DNA from: Blastocladiella emersonii ATCC 22665
Taxonomy: Eukaryota > Fungi > Blastocladiomycota
DNA: 64,000 nucleotides
Direction: 5' to 3'
Assembly (NCBI GenBank): GCA_025594325.1
Contig: JANHCV010000011.1
Span: forward strand, 1,054,001-1,118,000
Part shown: piece after piece, positions 12,915 to 23,997 of the stretch
Layout: each line of letters opens with the position of its first letter
How positions within the stretch are numbered: position 1 is the first letter of the stretch
Translations under genes and position numbers: made by a program
The notes under the pieces: generated by a model
The model's database searches: none
What the model saw: the letters and a program-made list of their open reading frames with translations, nothing else
Told to the model about the DNA's origin: nothing

Positions 12915-15092
12915 ATGTCCTCTCCATCACCAACATCCTCTACACCAACCGCGACGCCGACAGACCCGGCGCTCGCCGCCGCCATCGGCTTGACCGCGCG
13001 GCAGCTGCTCGGCGACGCGAGCGATACATCGTGCCCGCTGCAGCCGGCCGCGACGGGCGCCGACACCCCGATCCTGCCCGTGGCGATGCCGCTGACGACC
13101 GTGTTCGGCTCCCTGCAGTCGTGGTGCGATCCGTCGGCGAACCGCAACTCGGGGCTCACCAACGTCGAGTGCGACCACCTGCGCAACCTCGCGCGGGCCG
13201 CGGCCGCCAACACCGGGCTCACGCTGCGCGGGTGTCTCGCGGTCCAGGTCGGCGACGCGGCCGCGAACCGGCCCGTATGGTGGCTGTGCTCCAATGACCA
13301 GTTTGGCGAGGCCCGCGGCCCATCGCCCCGCGTCGCGTCGACGGGGCCGTGGCCGGCGACGGCTGTCTACCTCAACGGGACCGCCGTCAACGACCTCACG
13401 TTCCAGCCGCCGGGCGTCAAGGCCAACGGCGGCGCGCCCGGCGCGCCTGTCCCGAGCGCAACGGCGGTCATGGCGACGGTCGGATCCGGCGGCGCGTCCG
13501 CGACCGTCATCCCCGTCTCCCCCTCGCGGTCATGCAGCGGCCTGTGCACCGCGGTCGCCGCCGCGGTCCCGGGCCAGGGCAACGACGCCGACCTCGCCAC
13601 CCAGGGCGACTGGGCGGCGCTGCGCCCGCCGAGCAACGGCGCCGACGCGTACCTGCACGGGTGCCTGTCCGCGAAGCCGGGGACCGCCGACGCGGGCGCG
13701 ACCGTGTGCGCGTGGCTCCGCTTGCCGCCCGCGCCGACGGGCCCGCTGCCGCCGGCGACGACGGGCGCGTTCGGGCGCCAGGCGCTCACGCAGTACCTCA
13801 AGTGCGGCGCAAGCTCGCCCGTCGAGTTTGCGGAGGCCGTCCGCCTCGTCACGAACAATGTCAACAACAACAACGGGCGCGAGAACCGCGCGGACGGGTC
13901 GTCGCCCGCGACCGCGACGAACGGGGTCGGGGCGGGTAGCGCGGGCAGCGCAGGCGCTCCCGCGCCGGGGTCGCTGTCGGCCTTCTTCAACGGGCTCGAC
14001 AAGCGCGTGCTCATCGGCGTCTTCTCGGGTCTCGGCGCCCTCGTCGTCATTGCCGCCGCGCTCCTCGTCTACCGCCGCCACCGACGCGCGCGCGCGCTGC
14101 ATGAGGCGTACAGCAAGCCTGTCCCGACGCCGTCGCCGCGGAGACGGAACACGCCGCCGGCTGCGGCTGCTGTCACGGCTGCGTCGGCCCCGGCGGCCGC
14201 CGAGCGCGGTGGGCTCACCGTAGCCCCGCCGCGGGCGAGCGTCGTGGTCGCGCCCATCGAGGTCGCGACGCCCGTGACCGACGGGGTCCCGACGGCCCCC
14301 GCGTCGCCGATCGCCGCGTTCAGCGTCCCGCCGCCGCCGCTCCCCGCGGCTATCCGCGCGAGCACCGTCGGTGGCGGTGTGGCCTCGGCGCGGTCGTCGC
14401 TCGTGGGCGGCGGTAACCCGCGGATCCCGCAACCCGGCGCCGTCATGCACCTGTGGCGGACGCCGCCACCGACCCCGACCCCGACCCAGGGCGGCAACGG
14501 GCACACGCTGATGCGGTCCATTTCGCTGCCGTCAATCCGCGAGCCGCTGCCCGCCGCTCTCCCCGAAGGTTCCGTTGTCAGCACCAACGGCAGCGCGCTC
14601 CACGGCCCCCTGCCACGCACGCTCCCCGCCGCGCTCCCCGCGACGCTCGACGGCCCGCCGTCGCGGCCCGTCACGTACTTTGAGCCGCTCGCGCAGACGT
14701 ACCACCACCCGGCGTACTACCACGACACGGTGGTGTCGCTCGACACGGGCATGGATTTGCACCTCCCCGCGCAGTCGCCGCATCACCCGAACTACGCGGC
14801 CTCGGGCGTGCACGACGCGAGCGTGTTCCCGGACTGGCTCCCGCAGGCGTGGCAGGGGATCATGGCGGCGGCGGCGGCGGGTGGGACGACGCCGCGCCGG
14901 GTGTCGTTCACGCTCCCGTCGGTGCACACGGTCGAGGCGCCTGAGGCCGCGGCGGCGGACGAGAGCGGGTCGGATAGCGACGACGACAGGCCCATCGGTG
15001 CTGCCGCCGCGGCCGCGGCAACGGGTCCGGCTCCGCCGGCGGCGGGCGTGGCGCGGCGGAGGTCCGTGACGTTCTACCTGCCCAACGAGTGA
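12915..15092 (+). CDS. Single-pass membrane protein with Cys-containing ectodomain and disordered cytoplasmic tail
   Basis: 725-aa intronless ORF; one hydrophobic segment VLIGVFSGLGALVVIAAALLVY followed by RRHRRAR; Pro/Ala-rich tail. Confidence 0.7.
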   Translation: MSSPSPTSSTPTATPTDPALAAAIGLTARQLLGDASDTSCPLQPAATGADTPILPVAMPLTTVFGSLQSWCDPSANRNSGLTNVECDHLRNLARAAAANTGLTLRGCLAVQVGDAAANRPVWWLCSNDQFGEARGPSPRVASTGPWPATAVYLNGTAVNDLTFQPPGVKANGGAPGAPVPSATAVMATVGSGGASATVIPVSPSRSCSGLCTAVAAAVPGQGNDADLATQGDWAALRPPSNGADAYLHGCLSAKPGTADAGATVCAWLRLPPAPTGPLPPATTGAFGRQALTQYLKCGASSPVEFAEAVRLVTNNVNNNNGRENRADGSSPATATNGVGAGSAGSAGAPAPGSLSAFFNGLDKRVLIGVFSGLGALVVIAAALLVYRRHRRARALHEAYSKPVPTPSPRRRNTPPAAAAVTAASAPAAAERGGLTVAPPRASVVVAPIEVATPVTDGVPTAPASPIAAFSVPPPPLPAAIRASTVGGGVASARSSLVGGGNPRIPQPGAVMHLWRTPPPTPTPTQGGNGHTLMRSISLPSIREPLPAALPEGSVVSTNGSALHGPLPRTLPAALPATLDGPPSRPVTYFEPLAQTYHHPAYYHDTVVSLDTGMDLHLPAQSPHHPNYAASGVHDASVFPDWLPQAWQGIMAAAAAGGTTPRRVSFTLPSVHTVEAPEAAAADESGSDSDDDRPIGAAAAAAATGPAPPAAGVARRRSVTFYLPNE

Positions 15093-15139
15093 AGTGACGA
15101 AAATACAATACAATCTAGATGCAGTGCACACACACAGGT

Positions 15140-15679
15140 TCATGGCTCGACGAGGAAGCCGGCGTGGTCGTACTTTGACTCGAAGAGGCCGATCCAGTCG
15201 TTGAGCGAGCTCTTCTCGTCCTCGGTCAGGTCGTCGAGCGGGTCCATGGGCTGGTCGAGCGGCGTGAACACCTCGGGCCCGAACGAGTGCTTGGCGAGTC
15301 CGCGGGATGCGTCTCGGCCGGCTGCATGGCGGGTCAGCGACACACACAACTCAATCGGAGAATGAACGGTCGTACCAAACGCGCCATACGCCTCGCCCGG
15401 CCCGTAAAACGACGCGCCGCGCGTGACATCGTACACCTTGCCCCTGACGGCGATGAAGATGCGCTTCCCGTCGCGGCCGTCAAACTCGGCGAGCTCCTTG
15501 CGCGTGTAGTTGCGGATGACGAGCGGCTCGGCGGGTTTCGCGGCGGCGAGCGCGCGCGCACGGTCCTCGGCGGCGGCGTCGGCCCAGCTCGACCCGCTGC
15601 GCACCAGCACGCGGTACGCGTAGTAGGCGAGCCCCGCGACCAGCGCGAGGTTGACGGGGTTGCCGAGCACGGTGTCCAT
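15140..15679 (-). CDS. DAP1: Membrane-associated progesterone receptor / cytochrome b5-like heme-steroid binding protein
   Basis: N-terminal TM, YTRKELAEFDG, IFIAVRGKVYDVTRGASFYGPG, AGRDASRGLAK, LNDWIGLFESKY; intron at about 15325-15373. Confidence 0.92.
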   Translation of the reverse strand: MDTVLGNPVNLALVAGLAYYAYRVLVRSGSSWADAAAEDRARALAAAKPAEPLVIRNYTRKELAEFDGRDGKRIFIAVRGKVYDVTRGASFYGPGEAYGAFGTTVHSPIELCVSLTRHAAGRDASRGLAKHSFGPEVFTPLDQPMDPLDDLTEDEKSSLNDWIGLFESKYDHAGFLVEP

Positions 15680-15965
15680 GAGGGGCGAGCGCGAGGGCAT
15701 AGCAGAGCAAGAGAAGAAGGAGAGAGATGCGTGGCAGTCCGTAGAGTGCGTTCGTTCGTTGAGGGTGTGGGAAAGAGCGGAGGAGCTGCCAGGAGCAAAG
15801 GCGAGCGGTTAGCGTTCGGCGCGGAGCATCGCCGGCGGAACAGCGGGGGATCGGAAGCGCCGCATCACGCCGGCGTGACCGACGCGTCTCCCACCAGCGC
15901 ACGCTTCAGCGAAACGCGATGTGATATCCGCGTGCGCACGGTTAATCGCTCCTCCACTCGCCGCA

Positions 15966-18474
15966 ATGAACTCACTACTCCATGCATCCGCGCGACCACG
16001 CGCGCCCGGCCGATCGCGGCTGCACCGCGCCGCGCGGCTCCTCGTCGTCAGCCTCGGCCTCAGTGCGACCCTGCTCGCGACCGCGCGCGCGCAGTCGACA
16101 TGCACCACCGACGCCGACTGCGCCCCGCTGACCAGCAACGGGTCGCCGCTGTACTGCGTCGACGGCGCGTGCAAGCCGCTCGCGGGCGCCGGCGAGTTCT
16201 GCATCGCGCACGCCGACTGCGCGTCGTTCGCCGTCCTCGGGACTGCCGCGTGCACCGAGTCGTGCGGGATCGCCGCCGCGTGCGGCCCGCTTGGGGCGAT
16301 CGGGTCGGCCACCGCGCGGTGCTGCGCGGGGGTGCCCGCGAACGGGACGTGTACCGCGGCGCGCCCGCGGCTCGCGCAGTGTGTTTCCGGGCTCCAGTGT
16401 CTCGCCGTTGTTTCGGGAGGCGGCAGCGGGAGCGTCGCGCAACTGCTCTCCGAGGGGTCCAAGGCCGCGTGGGCGGCCGTCAGCGGAGGCGAGTCTCCCC
16501 TCGCCGCGCGTACCGCGGCGGCGGCGGACCCCGCGGCCGTGTGCGGCAAGCAGTCGAGTAATCGCTGGCTGATCGGCGTCTTCATCAGCGTTGGCGGCAG
16601 TATCGTGCTCAACCTCGGTCTCAACATCCAAAAGTTTGGGTTCCGCAAGAACGCCATACTGCCCGAGGAGGAGCAGTTGCCCGCGTACAAGTTGCCGGTA
16701 CGCTGCCCACACCCCGTCACTACTTCTCGGTCGCTAACCACTCCACCCGTGCAGCTATGGGTCTTTGGCTTCTGCATCTGGATCATCGGCAACCTAGCCA
16801 ACTTTGTCGCGCTATCCTTCGCGGCACAGTCGCTCATCGCGTCGCTCGGCGCCGTGTCGCTCGTGTCCAACGCCGTGGCCGCCCCGCTCATCAACGGCGA
16901 GCCGTTCGGCGTCTTTGACCTCATCTCGATCGTCTTCATTGCCGGCGGCACCACCGTCGTCGTCCTGTTCAGCAACCACGACGAGACCTCGTACGGGCTC
17001 TGCGCACTCATGAAGTTCTACACCCAGCCGTCCGTCATCGTGTTCCTCGCCGTCATGTGCTCCGCGCTCGTCGTCATGTGGATCTTTATCCGGTATGTTC
17101 CACGGTTTCCACTCGCTCGATGAATACTGACCGTGACGCGACAACAGAGCCATGGAGTCCAACAAGAAACGCATCTCGCTGTCGCGCCGCAACTCGTCGC
17201 TGTCGACGACCCACCGCACATCTCGCCCGGGCTCGCCGCTAATCCCGGGCACCCCCACTGGCCTACACAGCAGCGCCAAGGACGATGCGCGCCGGTGCAA
17301 GTGCTCCGTGACCAAACTCCTGCGCCTCGACCGCCTGACGCTGACCGAAGACTCGGTCGCGATGCGCGTGCTGCTGCCCTTCTCGTACGCGTCCATGGGC
17401 GGCGTGCTCGGCGGGTTGACCGTCATGTTCGCCAAGTCGGCGGCCGAGCTCATCTCCATGACGACGCAGGGCCAGAACCAGTTCGATAACATCGCCACGT
17501 ACGGGATCCTCGCGGGCATCCTCGTCACGGGCGTCGGCCAGGTCTACTACATCAACCAGGGGCTGTCCCGGTACGACGCGCTGCTCCAGGTGCCGTGCTT
17601 CTACGTCGTGTGTACGTGATGGACGCGTAGGAATGGGCCTCGTGATGGTGCTGACGACCGAGGTGTAGACACGCTCGCGTCGATCGTCTCGGGCGGCGTC
17701 TACTTCAACGAGTTTGCCACCTTCTCATCGTTCCAGTTCATCATGGTGCGCCGCTTCATTCGACCACCAACACTGTCAACTGACCGGACATCTACGCTGT
17801 AGTTCATCGTCGGCGTCTCACTCACCTTCGTCGGCGTCGCCTTCCTCACCGGCCGCCTGCGCTCGTCCGGCGACCCGGACGAGCCCGTCGTCGAAGCCGC
17901 CGAGCCCTACGACGCAGCCGCCTTCGGCGTCTCCTTCTCGGGCTCGGACCCGACCGTCGTCATCCACGGCGGCCCGCACGACGACGACGACGACGACGAT
18001 GACCTCAAGCACCACCACCACCGCGCCACCGTGTCCCCGATCCCGCCCGCCGGCGCCACCAACACTCTGGCGGGCGCCGCCGACCTGCGCAAGCGGCCCG
18101 CAGCGCACTCCCGCGGCGCGAGCCAGTCGGGCAACCAGCACCACCATACGACGCACAACGCCGTTGGGCCCGCGGTCCTGAACCCGGACCAGGTTGACGA
18201 GGATATCATGGTGGTCCCCGGGAGCGACGGCGGGCTGGTCCGGCACCGCGTCATTGGCGTGTCACCCGGGCCGCAGTCCGACGCGGGTGGCAGCGACGAC
18301 GACGAGGACGGGAGCGAGATCCCGGGCGGCGTCGTGGGCGGCGGATCGTATCGCGCCGGGCACGCGCGCGTCGCGTCGCACGCCACGGACGCGTCGCTCG
18401 GCGGAGGCAGCCGCGGCGCGAGTCCCGCCCGGTCGCCGGTGCCGCGCGGTGGGCGCGGGCAGAGTCTGCCGTGA
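15966..18474 (+). CDS. NIPA-family Mg2+ transporter with signal peptide and Cys-rich N-terminal ectodomain
   Basis: LIGVFISVGGSIVLNLGLNIQK, GNLANFVALSFAAQSLIASLGAVSLVSNAV, GGVLGGLTVMFAK, QVYYINQGLSRYDALLQVP, SIVSGGVYFNEF. Four introns (about 16698-16752, 17092-17147, 17593-17669, 17746-17801). Confidence 0.88.
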
Positions 18475-18537
18475 CCTCGCAGGGGGTTCCTCGCTTGTAC
18501 CATACGTATTCATTATTATAAGTAAACTGTCTTCTCA

Positions 18538-21027
18538 TCATCCGCGCCGTAGCACGCCGCGCGACAGGTTGGTCAAGAACCGTCCGATCGGGATCGAGTC
18601 GCGCGGCTTTAGCTTGTCGATATTCGCGGCGAACCCGCGCGCGACGTACGTGTCGATATCCGACTTCTTCTTGTCGACGTCGAACCGGCCGAGGATCCGG
18701 GAGAACTCGACGGTCGTGAGCGCCGTGGCGGTCGCGCCGTGGTACTGGAGCACCGCGGCCTCCAGGTCGCGCATGTACTGGGCGCGCTCCTCCATCTCCT
18801 GCATCTTGACGGCCTCGAGGAACGCCGACTCGGCGTGCTCCTGGAACAGCAGCGAGTACGTGATCACGTCGCCCGACGGCTGGTCCGCGTCGAGCGCCGT
18901 CGTGAGTTCCTTGATCTGCGCGGGCGACTTGTGCTTCCAGATTTCTTGGAGGGTGTTGAGCACGATGGCTTTCGGAACCATGCCCGCCGCCACGCCGTCG
19001 TTCAGGTTCGCGTCCAGGCGCCCGAACGTCGTCCGGATCGACTCGACCAACGTCTGAACGTGGTGGTACACGGTCTCGTCGAGCCGGCCCTCGAGTATGT
19101 CCAGGAACAGCCAGCACTCGGTGTCGCGCGTTTTGAGCGACTTGCACGCCTCGAGCACGTTGTACCCCCACTCGGCGATCGTCTCCTGCGCGCTGAACCG
19201 CTTCTTGAGGTACTGGTAGAAGTAGTCGCCGAGCTACGGTGCGGCCGTGGTCAGCGTGGCCATCGGCGAGCGAGGTTAGGGGCAACGGACGGACCTGCGA
19301 CTTGGGCTTCTCCTGCTTGGCGCGCTCCTCGTCGAACGGCACCTTGGTCGCCCACACGTCGCGGATCAGCAGCAGGACGTGCTTCTTGGTCAGGTTGCGG
19401 TTTTTGACGCGGCCCTTGCACCTACACCGGCCATGGCCATGGCCATCAGCCCGGTTCGCACACGGAGCCCAGACTGAACGTACCGCAGGTACCGCGGCAC
19501 CGTAGACGCAAATCCGAGCCCGACGAAGAAGGTCTGCCGCTCCTCGATCTGGCGGTGCTGCTTGAGCGACACGGGCCCGCCGCCCGACCCTCCACCCGCA
19601 CCACCCCCACCGCTGCCACCGCCCGAGCTGAGATCCATGCGGCTGCGCCCGCCGCGGCTCCCGGCCGCTGCGAGGTTCCCGCGGCTCGCGAGCGCGAGGG
19701 ACGACTGGAGCCCGTTGGCCGACTTGGGTGCGAGCCCGCGCGGTTCGTCGCCGATCGACGCGACAGTCCCGCCGCCGCCGCCGCGCACAATCATGTGGAT
19801 GAGCGACACGATGGTCTCGTTGCAGTTCATGCCGTTGCACGGGGTCCAGAAGGTCTCGATGTTGCCCGGGCACCGCTTGCCGATGTAGTCCCAGTCGGGC
19901 GTCGCGTGGCGCAGGCGTTCGGCGAAGCGCTTCTCGAGGTCGCGGATGAACTGCTCGTGCTTTTGCTGGATGTCGAGGATTTGTTGGTGCTGACGCGAGA
20001 GGGGAGGGTGTGAGCTAGGGTGGTGGGGCGAAGTGGAAGGATAGGCGGTACCATCTTCATGGTCAGCTCGCGCTGCTGCTCGAAGCGCGACTTGTAGCTG
20101 TCGTGCTCGGCCTGCAGCAGCTCGTGCTCGAACATGGGCACCGTGTCCTTGTACGCCTCCTTGAGGTCGTGCAGCTTGGTCTCGGCCGAGTTGAGGTTCT
20201 CGGACACTACAGACACAGATCCTTGTCAGCACCGCCTTCCGTCCTCGTCCCACAAAGCCGTACTCAGCGCATGGTCCCGCTGTAGCTCGCGGATCGTGGC
20301 CTCGAGCGTGGCGACGCGGCGCTCGCCGTCGGCGATCGTGGCGTGCAGCTTGGCCTCGGTCTCGGCGACCGTGGTCCGATTCACCTCCTCCTCCTTGAGC
20401 CGCGCCGTCTTCTCGTGGATGTCCTCCTCGAGCGCCGCGATCTTGCGCGCCTGCACCGCGTTCGCGTCGCGGAGCGAGCTGGCTTCGGCTTTCCACTTGG
20501 CGCTCTCGCCCCTACCCGAGACACGAGGTCAGTGGATGTCGAGGGGGGTAACGTGGTATACGTACTTGATCTCCTCGATGCGGTCGACAAGGTCGCGCAC
20601 CATGACCGACTGCTGCTCGGCGACCTCGTACTTGTGCATGGCGAGCTGGTTCTCGAGCTGCGGCACCTTGCGCGCCTGCGCGTCGAGCGACGCAATGTGG
20701 TGCTCGTACTCGGACTTGATGGCCGACAGCACGCCCTGGTACGACCGGAAGTCGTCGATGAACGCCTCTACACGCCACGCGCTGTCAGTTGGTTGCGTTA
20801 AGAGTGCGTTGCGTGGTGCGCATACGGAACGCGTTGCGGTACACCGACATCCTTGTTGCGTCGCCGGGCGGTAACCCGTCGCCGCCGAGCTCCAGCATCT
20901 CGTTGCGGATGAACCGCTGCAGCTCGACTAGCAGCGCCGGCTCGCCGCTCGTCTTGTACGTCGTGCCGTTGTACGAGCCGCACGCCGCCGCGGTGGAGGA
21001 GAAGAACGCATCGACGTCCTGCGTCAT
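18538..21027 (-). CDS. TSNAXIP1: Translin-associated factor X-interacting protein 1 (ciliary coiled-coil protein)
   Basis: Multi-exon. ELQRFIRNEMLELG, VYRNAF...FRSYQGVLSAIKSEYE, a coiled coil, LTKKHVLLLIRDVW, FYQYLKKRF...EWGYNVLEAC...FLDILEGRLDE match my recollection of TSNAXIP1. Confidence 0.82.
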
Positions 21028-21468
21028 GGGAATCGACCGTTTGCGCGCGACCGACGCGCTCTGCGGGCGGGATCGAGTTGTTGGCGGGCTCCGGTCATTC
21101 GGCTCGGCGGATGGCGGGTTGAGGAGCAGACCGGCCGGGCGCGGCGCGCTCGACGCGCTACACGCTTCCACGGGTCGCGGGGCGCGTCAGCCGCCTGATT
21201 CACTCACCCGAACAAGGTTGTGGTGGGCCGTACGATGACGGGCGCGAGCGGCGGAGCATGGTGCATCAAGTCGGTTTCATGGGTTGCGTGGATAGCGAAC
21301 GCCTCCTGGCGAGAGCGAGAGGCAGCAGCGACTCGTCGACGCGACGAGGACAGTTCCCTTGACGAGGACGCGTCGCGAAACGGCGTGACCCGGCAGCGCC
21401 ACACGGTGCGAGACAAAATTTGGCATCGCCGATCCTCGCTTTGATCACCCGTATCTCACCACGCTGCC

Positions 21469-22028
21469 ATGATGTCTACCCGAACCGTCGCCCGCAGGGG
21501 ACTTGCTGCATTCGCACGCCATGCATCGACCCAGCCCGCTGCCAAGGCGGCCGCGCCGGTAACGCCGGAGAGTAAGGGCGCCGTCAAGTGGCTCATCGGG
21601 TCGCCCGACCCCGAGTCGCAGATCCGCCGCATCAAGTTCGCGGAGCCGACGGCCGCGACGACGCCGCAGGTGATTTATACATGAGCTCTCGTGTCCGCCG
21701 AACCGGCGTCTGACCTGCGCGATCTCGGCCGCGCCTCGTGTAGTCGCTCGAGTTCCAGCGGTACTGGACCGAGACCATGGAGTGGCACCACACGATTTGG
21801 TCGGCCAACAACACGCAGTACCACGCGCAGCTGGCGGCCTTCGAGGACGCGGTGGTGCGCCGCCACGACCGCCCCGCCAACGACAACGACCGCGCCGTCT
21901 TCTACAAGGAGTTTCTCGATGCCAGCGGCACCAAGCAGTCGGCCTACTACCGCCAGTGGATCGGCCGCCTCCTCACGCTGTGCAAGCTCGGCGCGCGCAG
22001 CGCGTGGAGCCAGGTTGGCAAGGCGTAG
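21469..22028 (+). CDS. COA8: Cytochrome c oxidase assembly factor 8 / APOPT1 (DUF2315)
   Basis: Mitochondrial presequence, WLIGSPDPESQIRRIKF, WHHTIWSANNTQY, FYKEFLD...YYRQW; intron at about 21670-21742. Confidence 0.8.
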
Positions 22029-22510
22029 CAGAAGGCGTAGTGTGGAAGGGATAGATGCCGAGTTCTGAGTCCGAGTGTCGATCTTCAGGGACATGTCGTC
22101 AGAAACGCGTCTCCCGCGGTGCTGCTCGATGGCCCTCGACCACGGACGTGCTGGTCGATGTCTCCCACTTGACCGCAAGTTTCTCTCATCCCGAGAAATC
22201 CAGGACACGGGGAGCTTGTCCCATGTCCGCACGCACCAAACGCAGGTTCAAGGTGAGAGAGCCGAACAACGAGAGAACGGGGGCCGCGCGAAGCACGTCG
22301 CTGGCGCGTAGATCCGCCAAGTCGGTTGGGAGACCGTGGCCATGCGGACATCTGGCCATGATCTATGCTCCCTTCACAGCGCAGACGGAGAAGCGTGCTC
22401 AATGGACCGTTGGCGTCTCCCAACTTACCGACAGGAGCAGTGATCGCGGTATAAACGCTCTTTGAGGAAGGCCCGTCCGTCGCTCCTCCTCAGAGACGAA
22501 CCATACAACC

Positions 22511-23596
22511 ATGGCACCAGCACCCAACGTAAACCCGGCGCTCTTCGTCAGCCGCATGGCCGGCCTCATCACGAGCGTGCCGAGCATCCTGCTCACGATC
22601 AGCGTCCTCAACAGCGTGCTGCAGCGGTTCAAGAAGCGGCCGCTTCAGTTCGCCATCGTCGGCTCGGGTGTCATGAGCATCGCGACCGACGTCCTGATCC
22701 TCGTCACGCTCGTGTCGTGGGCCGTCGACCCGAGTTTCCCGCAGTGGATCGAGTGCCTGATCACGCTCAGCCTTCTCAAGCGCGTCCACTCGATTTGTAC
22801 CGTGTACCTCGGCTTCCTCCGCACCACGGCCGTCGTCCGCCCGCTCATGCGCGCCAAGAAGCTCGCAATCCCGTACACGCTGCTCTACGCGGCGTTCGGG
22901 TGCATCTCGGTCGGGTTCCAGATCGACTCGTACGTGAGCTCCGGGTGGAACGCCGCCAAGGCCCGCAACTCGGCCTCGTTCCTGTCCGGCTACCGCCCGT
23001 TCAACCTCGTCTGCGTGCTTTACTATGCGGTTCCGGCGATCGCCACCGACTTGTACTTCCTCCTGGTCACGTCCCGTTCGAGCAACATGTCCAAGCGCTT
23101 TGACGCGGTCCGCGCCTTCTACAACCCGCTCGTTTACGTGTTTATCGAGCTCGTCATGCTCTTCTGCGTCGTGGTCCCGCTCATTCTCGGCATGTCGAAC
23201 CCGGACCACCAGTCTCCGACCTACACGGAACAGTTCCTGCTGAGCGCCATCACGCTGAACTCTACAATGTCCGTCAAAGCTGCGGTTCTTATGCCGGGCG
23301 ACGTAACGGCCAATAGCGCCGGTACGCAGTCCACTTCCACGGCCGCAACGGCGCGCGCGGCCATGATCACCCGGACCATGTCCGCTGGTACAGGTACGGG
23401 CGCGACCACGCTCGGCGTCACGACCATCAAGTCGTCGCCGAGCTCAAGCAGCGGGTTCCTCGGCACCACGGTCACGGCCACGGCCACGGCCTCGGCGATG
23501 GCAACCCCGCCTCGCCCCGTCGCCGGCGAGAAGTCGGGCGCGGCGACGGCGATCCCGCCGACGGCCGTGGTCCTGCGGTCGGCCCCGTCGAGCTGA
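22511..23596 (+). CDS. Orphan 7-TM GPCR-like protein, copy 1
   Basis: 361 aa, intronless, seven hydrophobic segments, LRTTAV at the cytoplasmic end of TM3, Ser/Thr-rich C-tail. Confidence 0.72.
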   Translation: MAPAPNVNPALFVSRMAGLITSVPSILLTISVLNSVLQRFKKRPLQFAIVGSGVMSIATDVLILVTLVSWAVDPSFPQWIECLITLSLLKRVHSICTVYLGFLRTTAVVRPLMRAKKLAIPYTLLYAAFGCISVGFQIDSYVSSGWNAAKARNSASFLSGYRPFNLVCVLYYAVPAIATDLYFLLVTSRSSNMSKRFDAVRAFYNPLVYVFIELVMLFCVVVPLILGMSNPDHQSPTYTEQFLLSAITLNSTMSVKAAVLMPGDVTANSAGTQSTSTAATARAAMITRTMSAGTGTGATTLGVTTIKSSPSSSSGFLGTTVTATATASAMATPPRPVAGEKSGAATAIPPTAVVLRSAPSS

Positions 23597-23997
23597 TCGT
23601 CAAGCTCATGACGTCGTGTCTGTTTGTTGGCGCGCCGTTCCTTCTCTGGATGTACATACAAAACGACCGTGCGCTTGATCTGATCCCCCACTGACTGTTG
23701 AAAATCGCGAGGGGGTGAGGTGAAATTCGCGTGGGTGGATGTGGCGCAACGCGTCTCCGGCGCCACACGGTCGGCTGTCTCCCGGCGCGGCCTTGTTCCC
23801 TCGTGTGTGCTCGCGGACCGGCCGAGACAATGGCAAAGGGGGCAGCCTTGTTGTTTATAATTTTATGCACCGACGCACGCCTCGGCTTCTTCCCTCCATC
23901 TGGTGTCGCTCTCTCGCAGCACACTCAACGCACCGACTCTCTCTCGCACATCACGCAAGCGCATGCATCGACTTCTCCTCGAGTAATCGACCACACC

